From Octopus sinensis (lineage: Eukaryota), in the NCBI RefSeq assembly GCF_006345805.1, contig NC_042998.1:48236001-48300000 (forward strand): a stretch of 64,000 bases of DNA, given 5' to 3'. Both the position numbers and the translations under genes were made by a program. This document shows positions 27,985 to 41,039 of the stretch, one piece after another (within the stretch, counting starts at the first letter, position 1; the number at the start of each line of letters is the position of its first letter). The notes under the pieces are model-generated. The model ran no database searches and was not told the origin of the DNA. It saw only the letters and a program-made list of their open reading frames with translations.

Positions 27985-29615
27985 GCGGTGAGCTGACAGA
28001 AACGTTAGCACTCCGGGCTAAATGCTTAGCAGTATTTCGTCTGTATTTATGTTCTGAGTTCAAATTCCGCCGAGGTCTACTTTGCCTTTCATCCTTTCGG
28101 GGTCGATTAAATAAGTACCAGTTACGCACTAGGGTCGATATAATCGACTCAATCCGTTTGTCCTTGTTTGTCCTCTCCGTGTTTAGCCCCTTGTGGGTAG
28201 TAAAGAAATAGGTATTTCGCTCGTCGCTACGTTCTGAGTTCAAATTCCGCCGAGGTTGACTTTGCCTTTAATCCTTTCGGGGTCGATTAAATAAGTACCA
28301 GTTACGCACTGGGGTCGATATAATCGACTTAATCCGTTTGTCTGTCATTGTTTGTCCTTTCTGTGTTTAGCCCCTTGTGGGTAGTAAAGAAATAGGTATT
28401 TCGTCTGTCTATATATTCTGAGTTCAAATTCCGCCGATGTTGACTTTGCTTTCATCTTTTCAAGGTCGATAAATTAAGTACCAGTTGCGTACTGGTTCAA
28501 TCTAAACGACTGGTCCCCTTCCCCCAAAAAATTTGTGCCTAGAATAGAAAATAATCGTTAGCACATCGGACAAAATGTTTAGTGGCATTTCGTCCTTACA
28601 TTCTGGGTTCAAATTCCGCCGAGATCGACTTTCATCCTTTCCGGTGTAGATGAAATAACTACCAGTTGAGCACGGGGGTCGATAACATAAGTATCGGTTG
28701 AGTACAGCGGTCGTTGTAATTAACTTATCTCTGTCCTCGCACTCGCTAACCTTGTGCCCAAATATAAACCACAAGTATGTTTCTTAGATTAAAACCAATA
28801 ATTTTTTCTACTATAGGCACAAGGCCTGACATTTAGCGGGAAGGGGACTAGTCGATTACATCGATCTCAGTGTTTCACTGCTTCCTATTTTATCGACTCC
28901 GAAAGGATGAAAGGTGAAGTCGACCTCGGCGGAATTTGAACTCAGAACGCAGCGACAGACGAAATACCTATTTCTTTACTACCCACAAGGGGCTAAACAC
29001 AGAGAGGACAAACAAGGATAGACAAACGGATTAAGTCGATTATATCGACCCCAGTGCGTAACTGGTCCTTAATTTATCGACCCCGAAAGGATGAAAGGCA
29101 AAGTCGACCTCGGCGGAATTAGAACTCAGAACGTAACGGCAGACGAAATACCTCTAAGCATTTCGTCCAGCGTGCTAACGACTCTGCCAGCTTGCCACTT
29201 TACATTAAAAACCAATAATAATCTACTCTGGGCACAAGGGCTGAAATTTGGTAGTAAGGAGACTAGTCGATTAGATTGACCCCAGTGCGCAACTGGTACT
29301 TAATTTATCGACTCCGAAAGGGTGAAAAGCAAAGACTACCTCGGCGGAATTTGAACTCAGAACGTAGCGACGAGCGAAATACCTATTTCTTTACTACCCA
29401 CAACGGGCTAAAAACAGAGAGGTCAAACAAGGACAAACAAACGGATTAAGTCGATTATATCGACCCCGGTGCGTAACTGGTACTTATTTAATCGACCCCG
29501 AAAGGATGAAAGGCAAAGTCGGCCTCGGCGGAATTTGAACTCAGAACGCAGCGACAGGCGAAATACTACTAAGCATTTGTCCAGCCTGCTAAAGACTCTG
29601 TCAGCTCGCCACCAT
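27985..29615. repeat. Tandem arrays of family B SINE subunits: plus array 27985-28800, minus array 28810-29615
   Basis: Repeating ~180-bp units from gtatttcg...gagttcaaattcc to ...gtagtaaagaaatag. Confidence 0.85.
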
Positions 29616-29624
29616 ACATTAAAA

Positions 29625-29664
<40 letters not shown>

Positions 29665-29673
29665 ATAATAATA

Positions 29674-29720
<47 letters not shown>

Positions 29721-31144
29721 TAATAATAATAATAATAATAATAACAACAACAACAACAACAACAAAATGGGTGTAAGGCGGCGAGCTGGCAGAGTCGTTA
29801 GCACGCTGGGCGAAATGCTTAGCGGCATTTTGCCCGTCTTCACGCTCTTAGTTCAAATTCCGCTGAGGGCAACTTTGCCTTTAAACCTTTCGGGGTCGAT
29901 AAAAATAAGTACCAGTGAAGCACTGGGGTCGATGTAATCGACTTACTCCATCCCCGAAATTGCTGGCATTGTGCCAAAATTTGAAATCAATAATAAAATC
30001 TATTTGAAATATTTAATTTGTTTTTTTTTAACCCTTCTTTTCATTTAAAGTTTCTTTCTCTCTTTAACCGTAAATGTTTTGTTAAATAGTAATTTTTAAG
30101 TCTGGCACAATGCCACATTACATGTAGTGAAGGGATACAGTTAATCGAATTCACCCGGTATTTGATTGATAATTATTTTATCGACTCCCAGATGGACGAA
30201 AGGAAAAAAAAAAAAAAAACGGTGGGAAAAAAAGAAATCAATCATCGGGATTTGAACTTAGAACAGTGAGATGCCGCACGACCATTTGTTTCGATTCGTT
30301 TCCTTTAAAGTTATTTCAAAATAGTTTTTAAAAACACGATCAAAAGAAACTACGATTACATTAGTAATTTGGCAGAAGCGGTAAAGCCCTTCGGTTTTAC
30401 CTTTTTATCTCTCTACGTTCCGAGTTCATTTCCCACTGGGAGGTCAACATTGTGTTTTATCCCTCCAAGTGTAATAAAGTAATTACCAGGCACTATATGG
30501 AATCAATTCCATCAATAAATAAATAAATAAATAAATATCCCACTCCACCCTTCCTTTACAAACTATGTCAGTGTTTGAAAATCAATAAAATGAGTCGATT
30601 CAATTATCTATCCCCACCCCTACTAAATATATTGACATTGTACCTAAGAAACAAATCAATACTAGGCGTGGAACTTAATCAATTATTTTTGTTTTAATGG
30701 AAGGAGCTAAATGAGAAGTGAATATTGATATTATTGACTGTTACTCTAAGAATTACAATCGATTATAATGTACAGCTCTCCGTTATCAATGCACAGAAAT
30801 AGTGGTGAAGGGTTTGGGAAGAGAAAAAAATCTTTTAAAAATCGTTACTTTGTTTTAGTCTAGAAAGAACATTGAGTTACTTCTGTGACATAAGTCTACA
30901 TATTTACTGGTGGGTCTTTAAAAATAATGAGTTAGATTCATGCCTTTCTTAAACACATTACAAGTATAAGTGAAATAAACCAGTTCTAATTTTGATTGGA
31001 TATGGTAACGAGTAGTAGGCGACTTAAACCTTGCCAACAGCCGTGCTTCTCAACTCCTCTCCTCCCCCACTGCACACATTACACACACACACACATATAT
31101 ATATATATACACACACACACACAACACACACACACACACACACA

Positions 31145-31221
<77 letters not shown>

Positions 31222-31822
31222 TTCAAGAAGACGGCGAGCTGGCAGAAACGTTAGCACGCCGGGCGAAATACGTAGCCGTATTTCGTCTGCCGTTACGTTC
31301 TGAGTTCAAATTCCGTCGAGGTCGACTTTACCTTTCATCCTTTCGGGGTCGATAAATTAAGTACCAGTTACGCACTGGGGTCAATGTAATCGACTTAATC
31401 CCTTTGTCCGTCCTTGTTTGTCCTATCTATGTTTAGCCTCTTGTGGGTAGTAAAGAAATATATATATATATATATATACGTATAGGCGAGGCTGTGTGGT
31501 AAGAAGCTTGCTTCCTAACCACATGGTTCCCGGTTCAGTCCCACTGCGTGGCACCTTGGGCAAGTTTTTTTTTACTATAGCCGCGGGCTAACCAAAGCCT
31601 TGTGAGTTGATTTGGCAGACGGAAACTGAGAGAAGCCCGTCGTATATTGTATATGTATATATTTATGTGTGTTTGTGTATGCGTTTGTCCGCCCCCCACC
31701 CCATCACCGCTTGACAACCGGTGTTGGTGTGTTTACGTCCCCGAAACTTAGTAATTCGGCAAAAAGGACCGATCGAATAAGTACTAGGCTTAAGAAATAA
31801 GTCCTTGGGTCGATATGTGTGT

Positions 31823-32157
31823 GTGAAGGCACATGGCTCAGTAGTTAGAGCGTCGGGTACACAATCATGAGGAAGTGAGTTCTATTCCCGAACCGGGCGG
31901 TGTGTTATGTTCTTGAGCAAGACACTTTATTTCACGTTGCTCCAGTCCACTCAGCTGTAGAAATAAGTTGTGACGTCACGGGTGCCGAGCATTATCGGCC
32001 TTGGCTTTTTCCTTGGACAACATCAGTGGCGTGGAGAGGGAAGGGTGGCATGCATGGGTCACTGCTGGTCTCTCATAGACGACCTTGCTCTGACTTATGC
32101 CTCGCGGGGCAACTTTCTAGGGGCAATCTGATGGTCATTCATGACCGAAGGCGGTAG
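31823..32157 (+). mobile_element. tRNA-derived SINE family C
   Basis: Head gtgaaggcacatggctcag, core ttgagcaagacactttatttcacgttgctccagtccactcagctg. Other copies at 32285-32616 (-), 36205-36510 (+) and 60690-60845 (-, partial). Confidence 0.8.
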
Positions 32158-32284
32158 GGAGCTCTTTATATATATATATATATACATCGATTAAACGCAT
32201 ATGGTAATTCGATGATATGGTTATACAACAGGGAACTCCTTTCAGCTTAGGATAAATATGATAATAATAACAATAACTATGAGA

Positions 32285-32616
32285 CCCCCTTCGATCATGA
32301 CTGACCATGGGATTGCACCTAGAAAGTTACCCTCCCAGGCACAAGTCCGGGCAAGGTTGTTTATGGAAGACCAGCAGTCGCCCATGCATACCGGCCTCCC
32401 CTTTGCACGCCACCAGTGTCATCCAAGGGAGAGGCAAAGGCCGATACAGCTTGGCACCTGTGATGTTGCAACTCATTTCTACAGCTGAGTGAACTGGAGC
32501 AACGTGAAATAAAGTGTCTTGCGCAAGAACACAACACGCAGCCCGGTCCGAGATTTGAACTCACAATCTCACGCTCGTAAGATCGACGCTCTAACCACTG
32601 AGCCATGCGCCTTCAC
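32285..32616 (-). mobile_element. tRNA-derived SINE family C
   Basis: Reverse-complement homolog of 31823-32157, with clear A/B boxes. Confidence 0.8.
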
Positions 32617-32926
32617 TAACAGTATTAGCGGAAGGAAATTCATTGGCTTTATTAATGAATAACATCATATGATTCTGTACCCCACACGTTCAATAGGTAA
32701 GAATTTTCCTTATTCATAAGATATTACATAAGACTACTCTTAATATTTATGAATTTGAAATTTTTTCAATTCCATTTCGATGTGGGTCCTTCCTTAAGTG
32801 TCGCATTTTTGTTTCTGCTAGACAGATCTACCGACTTTAAGGGCATTCATTATTTTACAGTAGTTAAATTATTCCATTCGATTGTTGGACATTTCTTGCG
32901 ACTAGTCACAAATAGAAACTACCATT

Positions 32927-33336
32927 TGAACGGCAGTTTTTTCTAGCGGTGTCATATGAAATTGTCACCCATAATTATGAGCCTAGTATCGATCTATTGC
33001 ATTTAAATCTGTTTTATGGTTAGGGTTAGTTAGGGGTGAGGGGAAGGGTATCTTTTTTTCTTCACAAATGTAAATAAACTCAATCTGTTTCTTAAACGAG
33101 GGACATATTCATATGGCACATAATGTTTTTTTTACCTCAATAGACGTCATTGATTGGTTGAAATTGCAGAAATTGAAGAAAAAAAACAACAAATATCTTA
33201 CAAACTATAGAATTTTCTCAATAAAGCCAAGAGAAAAAGATGTTTTATAAACACATTCTACCAGTATACGAAGTTTAAAAGTGTTTAGTTACGTGGAAAT
33301 TATTTTTAAAAACTGCCGTTCAAACCGGAAAGATCC
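32927..33336. mobile_element. TIR element copy 2 (inverted; one TIR truncated)
   Basis: Reverse complement of 23259-23682; TSD ctaccatt at 32919-32926 and 33337-33344. Confidence 0.85.
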
Positions 33337-33574
33337 CTACCATTACATTAGTTTCTTTGTTTATCAAACCTAGTACTTGACTGATACTTTATTTTATCGA
33401 CCCCGGAGGGATGAAAGGATAAATTGACATCGACAGGATTTGAACTCGGAGAAAATACTGCAAATTACTTTTTTTACTCCTGACGCTTTAACGTCTTGTC
33501 CAATCTATCGCCCTTGAAGCTGAAAAAGAATACCGCAAGCCGCTAAATAGAAAATAGTTTGAGGGAAATCCAGT

Positions 33575-35470
33575 TTGTACCGGAAATCTGCCCAAGGCTG
33601 TTAAACGGAAAATTCTATTTTACAAAACTAATTTTTGGCTTAAATAACCGCCCACCCATAATAGGCGCTCGTGAGCGGTAATATGGAAATAAAATATTTC
33701 ACCTAGGAAAAACAAAGATATTCTCAAAAACCATATTTATTTTATACAATTCCTTTGAACTTCTATTGTTTCAATTATCAGATATATAGACATAAAGAAA
33801 CTGAAATAGCCTTAAAAAATATTCAGAAGTTAACAATGGATCTATTAGGAAATATTGAAAATTAAACTGTTGAAAACATGAATAGAAGCCTCGTATGACC
33901 AAATAATGTCCTTGGGCACTTATGGTAGAATAATAACCGAATAGTTTCAAGTTAAAGTGTCAAGAATTTCTTCATTTGTTACTTGGCCTTAATTCACATC
34001 AGAGCTAATTTCACTTACTTGTATCTCATCTTCTTCAATTTTGTCATTATGTGTATCTGGCGCATTTACCTCAAAGCCAGACAAAACATCCTGTAAGTGT
34101 GTGTTTAAGAGGTTATGTTCTACAGTCTGTCCACGAGGAGCAATTCCATAACATTCAAAAGCACGCTTCATAGTTTCTTTATTTAAAGTGGCAACAGCTT
34201 GGGTCACAAAGTTCACTATCTCTTGATAGGAAGGTTTTTTTTTCGATATACTTTATTTGTCAACTCCTTTTTGCCATTTGAAAAACTAATTCTCCCATCC
34301 AGCACGAACGGCTTTCTTGAAAGGACTAATAATTGATACAACTAACGGCTGCAAGAAAGATGTTATTTTAGGAAGTATAAGTTTAAGAATTGTATTCCTA
34401 CGTTTGAAAACTTCTAGGAGCTTTGTTTTCTTGTGCACTGAGCATTCATCCATGAATAGCACTGAATTTTGAGCATGGCATAGTTGTGCTGTTCTCTGCC
34501 CAAACACTTTGCCAGCCTACAGCTGCATGAGTTCATATGCGATTGATCCCCTGTTGGAGACTGTTAAGTAAATATTCTTTGGGACCTTGATTTTAGGCAC
34601 GTTTTTCAGGCCTTTAAGGATAATCATTGTTCTCAACACCTTTCCTGCCGCATGAACACACAACACAGCAATAAAACGAGCTTTGGTAGCACCACAGTAG
34701 CTAGCATCTACATTTATATTGCCAACAAAGTCTATGGTTGCTGAACTCAACATGTCAACGTATACAGGTGTTTCATCCATATTATAAATCTCGTCGGCAC
34801 CCTTATCTGCTGTTTCTATTGGAATGCTATCTAGATAATCACTGGCGATTTGTGCCTTTTCTCAAAGTGTTTTATTGTCTGTTTGACCAACATGTGTTAT
34901 CTTATAGTCAGTTTGTTCCGTTTCATGACATTGAAAATCCATATATCAGAACGTCTAAAGCTGTTCATTTCAATTCCAAACCTTTTTACCAATTATTTAC
35001 AATTATATTGTTTGCACGCTGAACAACAATCCACTGTAAGAGTTCAATCTCTAGATCTCTATGTGTTGGTCCTCTACCTCCACCAATTTGATCTGCGCCT
35101 ATTTTTGTCTGACATATTGATTAACTCTGTTTCTTTTGTGCACCATTCTCTCAATCGTTTTCTATCAATACCCGTCTCTTGACGCAGAAGATAAATTACT
35201 AGAATGTTCTTTCACTCGTTTAATAGCACTCAATTTTTCACTAATGGTATATGATCGTTGAATACGTTTTGATATATTTTCTTTCGACTCCATTATTGGG
35301 AATAAAAATCCTTTGAATTTATTTACAGACGTAGAGCAAATGAACGTCTAAACAGAATGCAAACAAGAACACTAACTCTGTTTCAATTTTTAACCACAAA
35401 TAACCACCCATCCAAATAAACGCCCATGGGCGATCTAATGGATGGGCGGATTTTCGGAAAACCCCGATAA
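33575..35470 (-). mobile_element. Degenerate pogo-like transposon (CENP-B-type HTH and DDE domain)
   Basis: ATG at 35293 gives RSYTISEKLSAIK...IDRKRLREW; then MDETPVYVDM, FMDECSVH and TSFLQPL; frameshifts; subterminal ccg(g/a)aaatc(t/c)gccca inverted motif. Confidence 0.85.
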
Positions 35471-35794
35471 TAGATCCACAGTGCAAGTTCAATCGGTGGT
35501 CTTCGTGGTCGAGCTATATACACCACAGTTCAGGGAAATAAAATCACCCGAAAGTTCCATATTACAATCCTTACAAATGGTGGTATTTCGAAAACAGCAG
35601 GAGGATATCCAAGAGTCATGATATAGGTGGGGCCCGGTTCCTTAGAATGTCAGGAACTAACGGGCCGAACTAACTTGCTTGATAGGACCTCTTCCTCTGA
35701 AGATTCCTTTTGCTGTCCGCTTGCCTAGTAACAAGTTTTCACTTACTATCAACAAATTCCTATAATTGTTTTTCCATGTGACAGAAAGAAAGTC

Positions 35795-35833
<39 letters not shown>

Positions 35834-37055
35834 TTTTGCTGTCTAATGAATGCTTTATCCATAAATAGATGATTCCCTTTACAAAATATCTCAGTAAATC
35901 AGTTCGTTAGGGTGGCCAGCTGGCAGAATCGTCAGCACGACGGGCAAAATGCTCAGCGGCATTTCGTCTGTCTATAAGTTTTGAGTCCAAATTCCGCCGA
36001 GGTCGACTTAGCCTTTCGTCCTTTTATCCTTTCGGGGTCAATAAAGAAAGTACCAGTTGAGCACTGGGGTCGATATAATCGATTAAACCCCTCTCCCGAA
36101 TTTGCTGGCTTCGTGCCAAATTTGGAAACCGATAAGTTAGTTCGTTACGTCATATGGTCGGTTAATTTTCATCGTCATTAAAATTGTGTTAGTGCTTGGA
36201 TCATAACGGCTCAGTGGTTAGAATGTCGGGCTCACAATCATGAGGTAGTGAGTTCGATTCCCAGACCGGGCTGCATGTTGTGTTCTTAAGCAAGACACTT
36301 TATTTCACGTTGCGCCAATTCACTCAGCTGTAGAAATGAATTGCAACGTTACTGGTGCCCAGCTGTATTGGCTTTTGCCTTTCCCTTGGATAACATTGGT
36401 GGTGGGGCGACTACTGGTCTTCCATAAACAACCTTGTCCGGATATGTGCCTCGGAGGGTAACTTCCTAGGTGCAATTCCATGATCGTTCATGTCCGGAGG
36501 GGGTCTTTAGCCTTTTTTTACGTGCTCGTCCACATTTCTGTTACAAACACAAATATTAATAAGAACCGATAATGAAGATAGATTTAGTATAGTTAAGGAT
36601 TTAAGTAGCGAACAAACCTCTATTCCAATTTCCATCCTTCTGTATGTTTGTGAGTGTGACTGAAGGAATGCCCCTTTAATTACACTCTGCTAGAGAATAA
36701 TATGTTTTTTTTTTTGAAATTTATATTTGGTAAGAAGTTTACTTCTTAGCCACATGGTCCTGAGTACAATCCCACTGAGTGGCATCATGAGCAAGTCTTT
36801 TGCCATAGCTCCGGGTCAACTAAATTGTGAGTGGATTTGGTCGACGGAATCAAAGAAACACGTCGCATATATATATATATCTATGTATATGTGTAGGAGT
36901 GGCTGTGTGGTAAGTAGCTTGCTTACGAACCGCATGGTTCCGGGTTCAGTCCCACTGCGTGGCACCTTGGGTAAGTGTCTTCTACTATAGCCTCGGGCCG
37001 ACCAAAGCCTTGTGAGTGGATTTGGTAGACGGAAACTGAAAGAAGCCCGTCTTAT

Positions 37056-37086
<31 letters not shown>

Positions 37087-37090
37087 GTGT

Positions 37091-37122
<32 letters not shown>

Positions 37123-37915
37123 TGTGTGTGTGTGTGTGTGTGTGTATGCATATATGTTTGTGCGTGTACATGTCTGTGTGTCTTCTGTGTTTGTCCCCCC
37201 AACATCGCTTGACAACCAATGCTGGTGTATTTACATCCCCGTAATTTAGCGGTTCGGCAATAGAGACCGATAGAATAAGTACTAGGCTTCCAAAGAATAA
37301 GTCCTGAGGTTGATTTGCTCGACTAAAGGCGGTGCTCCAGCATGGCCACAGTCAAATGACTGAAACAAGTAAAAGAGTAAGAGTAACGAGTGTGTATGAG
37401 CATTATGTATGTATGTATGTATGTATGTATGTATGTATGCATGTATGTATGGCTTTGTGATTGTGCTTATTTCCCATCAACCACTTGGCAACCGGTGTTA
37501 GTTTGTTTAACGGTTCGGCATGAGGATCTGGTAAGTACCTCTCTTAAAAATAATAAGTACTTGAATCGACTTGTCCAACTAAATCTTTTAAGGCAGTGCT
37601 CCAGACTGACCGCAGTCCAATGTCAGAAATATGTAAATGATAGAATATTAAAAACAACCCCCCCCCCAAAAAAAAACGATGATTTCTTGAATAGGTTCTT
37701 CAAAATAAAGTGGCGACCGCAATCCCTTCCAGATATAGGACAGCACTTTGTTGCCCCTTTATCTATAGAAAGTGATTTAAAGGCATTCGTCATTCCAGTT
37801 CTTACTATTTATTATTCTCTTATTCTTACCTTAAAAGTAAAATACCATTTATTTCACAGGTATATATATATATATAATATATATATATATATACCTGTGA
37901 AATAGAATGGTCCTC

Positions 37916-37950
<35 letters not shown>

Positions 37951-37995
37951 ATGTATGTATGTATGTATGTATGTATGTATGTATGTATGTATATT

Positions 37996-38027
<32 letters not shown>

Positions 38028-38257
38028 CCCTTTATGAATTGCAGCATTTGAATTTTGGTAAGTATTAAGAGGAGTTATCTCCCTTGATTTCAAGATCTGA
38101 CTTGTGTCCCTTGAACGAATGCTACAATCTTATTGAATTTCTAATCTATTTTTGAAACTAATGAAATATTTTTCATCTTTTAATTAATATATCTATTTTC
38201 GATTCTAGCAGGTTAGGACCCTGCCATAGTGTGTGGGAGTGCATATATTGAAATGCT

Positions 38258-38676
38258 GGATCTTTTCGGTTTGACCGGCAGGATTTTAAAATAATTTCCA
38301 CGTAACTAAACACTTTTAAACTTCGTATACTGGTAGAATGTGTTTATAAAACATCTTTTTCTCTTTATTGAGAAAATTCTATTGTTTGTAAGATATTTGT
38401 TGTTGTTTTCTTCAATTTCTGCAAATTCAACCAATCAATGACGTCTATTGAGGTGAAAACATTCTGTGCCGTATGAATATGCCTTTCGTTTAAGAAACAG
38501 ATTGGGTTTATTTACATTTCTGAAGAAAAAAAGATACCCGTCCTCCCACCCCTAACCCTAACTAACCCTAACCCTAAAACAGATAAAATGCAATAGATCG
38601 ATACTAGGGTCATAATTACGGGTGACAATTTCATATGACACCGCTAGAAAAACTGCCGTTCAAACGGAAAAGATCC
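38258..38676. mobile_element. TIR element copy 3
   Basis: Same TIRs and ccctaa repeats; TSD aaatgct at 38251-38257 and 38677-38683. Confidence 0.85.
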
Positions 38677-38869
38677 AAATGCTTCACTATTCTGTGTTAG
38701 GTTCTGTAACGCGAAACCTAATTTACCAAAGCAGACAAAAAAAAAATGATTCATGATTATGTTCATTCATGTCGTTCTCAAAAGTACGAACAATGAAAGT
38801 AAAACTAAAAATCAATGATGTACTAGTGTGGTGTGTGTGTGTGTGTGTGTGTGTGTGGAAATGAAGAGT

Positions 38870-39262
38870 TTTTTTTTGGAAGCACTCCGTCGGTTACGAC
38901 GACGAGGGTTCCGGTTGATCCGATCAACGGAACAGCCTGCTCGTGAAATTAACGTGTAAGTAGCTGAGCACTCCACAGACACGTGTACCCTTAACGTAGT
39001 TCTCGGGGATATTCAGCGTGACACAGAGAGTGACAAGGCCGGCCCTTTGAAATACAGGTACAACAGAAACAGGAAGTAAGAGTGAAAGAAAGTTGTGGTG
39101 AAAGAGTACAGCAGGGATCACCACCATCCCCTGCCGGAGCCTCGTGGAGCTTTTTAGATGTTTTCGCTCAATAAACACTCACAACGCCCGGTCTGGGAAT
39201 CGAAACCGCGATCCTACGACCGCGAGTCCGCTGCCCTAACCACTGGGCCATTGCGCCTCCAC
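38870..39262 (-). mobile_element. Young full-length tRNA-derived SINE family F
   Basis: 13-bp TSD ggaaatgaagagt (38857-38869 and 39263-39275), short A tail, highly similar to 58802-59189. Confidence 0.88.
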
Positions 39263-39419
39263 GGAAATGAAGAGTAGCACTTATTTCAAGCGGACTGTAA
39301 CTTGTTGAAAAAAAAATCTGTTGAGTTTTTATGAGTTATCGTTTCAAGTTATCAATCTCCTTTTATTCATTGGTTTAACTTTTCAAAATTAAGTTCTATA
39401 TCTTTATTTCTGTCATGTT

Positions 39420-40010
39420 GTTGTTGTCGTCGTCGTCGTTCTTCTTCATTTGTCTCTCTCTTTTCTTCTTCTTCTTCTTCTTCTTTTTCTTCTTCTTCTT
39501 TCTTCTTCTTCTTCTTCTTCTTTTTCTTCTTTTCTTTTCTCTTCTTCTTCTTCTTATTCTTCTTCTCCTCCTCCTTCTCCTCTTCCTCCTTCTTCTTTTT
39601 CTTTCTCTCCTCCTCCTTCCTCTTCTTCTCTTCTTCTTCTTTTTCTTCTCTTTTTCTTCTCTTCTTTCTTCTTCTTCTTTCCTCCTCCTATTCTTCTTCT
39701 CCTCCTCCTTCTTCTCCTCCTTCCTCTTCTTCCTTCTTCTTATTCTTCTTCTTCTTCTTCTTCTCCTCCTCCTTCTTCTTCTTCTTCTCCTCCTTCTTCT
39801 TCTTTTTCTTCCCTTCCTCGTCCTTCTCCCCCCTCTCGTCATTCTCCTCCTTCTCCTTCTCCTTCTTCTTCTTCTTCTTCTTCTTCCGCTTCTTCTTCTT
39901 CTTCTTCTCTTCTTCTTTCTTCTTCTTCTTCTTCTTCTTCTTCTTCTTCTTCTTCTTCTTCTTTTCTTTCTTCGTCGTCGTCGTCGTCGTCTCCGTCCTC
40001 GTCGTCTCCG
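39420..40010. repeat. ~600-bp polypyrimidine/polypurine (CTT/CCT) low-complexity tract
   Basis: Almost only C/T on the plus strand, bounded by (GTC)n runs. Confidence 0.92.
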
Positions 40011-40327
40011 TCGTGTGGGCGTATAGTTGCCATTACCGTTGTTACTTGGTCCAAAGCCGATGTTGACCATTTTGTCGCTGACAATTCATCTTTCAAAAAA
40101 AAAAAAAAAAAATTTTGTCATATTTGGTGTATCTAGGACTACATATTCCAGTGTTCCTTTCATTTTTTTTGTAACTGTAAGGTATTATTTAAAGAAAATT
40201 CGGCCGTCCTCTCAAACTGATCGAACTAAACCTCTCACAACTCACACCACATTGTCTTTAAAAGAAGAAAAAGAAAAACAATACAGCATGATCCAAAAGC
40301 CACGCTCCAAAACATATATTACTTTGC

Positions 40328-40705
40328 TATTACCCCTGCCTTCGCTAAGGCGGAGGTATTGTTTTCAGTTGTGTTTGTTTGTTTGTTTGTTTGTTTGTCC
40401 GTGGACAAGATATCTCAAGAACCACTGGATGGATTCGGATGAAACTTTCAGGGATGTTTGGCACGTGGCTGGCACAAACAGATTAGATTTTGGGATCGAT
40501 CCGGTATCGGACAAGGATTCTGGATTATTTTCCCGTTTTTGTTTTTTACTTAATATTTGAGAGCTGTCGGGTTTATTTTTAGCATTCTTGTTTGTGAGAG
40601 CAGTCGAGTTTATTTCAGATATTCTCATTTTAAAAATCATCTCTTGCTAATTGTTGAGAAGACGTTGGTGTTGCCTTGGCGGAGATTTGCGCTCTCCGAG
40701 TGCTC

Positions 40706-40707
<2 letters not shown>
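40328..40707 (+). mobile_element. Helentron-associated (DINE-1/HINE-like) non-autonomous element
   Basis: 5' tattacccctgccttcgctaaggcggagg, then a (GTTT)n microsatellite; 3' ttgccttggcggagatttgcgctctccgagtgctcta. No clear TSD. Confidence 0.65.
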
Positions 40708-40762
<55 letters not shown>

Positions 40763-40808
40763 CATCATCATCATCATCATCATCATCATTATTATTATTA
40801 TTATCATT

Positions 40809-40844
<36 letters not shown>

Positions 40845-40847
40845 CTT

Positions 40848-40916
<69 letters not shown>

Positions 40917-40925
40917 TATTATCAT
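40706..40925. repeat. Compound trinucleotide array (ATT)(ATC)(ATT)(GTT)(CTT)(ATT)
   Basis: Directly visible. Confidence 0.95.
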
Positions 40926-41039
40926 TATTCATTATACTCATATACAAGTACGCGTGTGTTCATCATTATTTTACTTATTTGTTTGTAATTAAATACAGTT
41001 TTGTTTTTGAAATCTGAGCACTTTTCAAATGTTCTGAAT

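Noticed and set aside
39396-40136. Arg-, Leu- and Ser-rich ORFs of more than 200 aa
   Set aside because: Translations of the CTT/CCT low-complexity tract.
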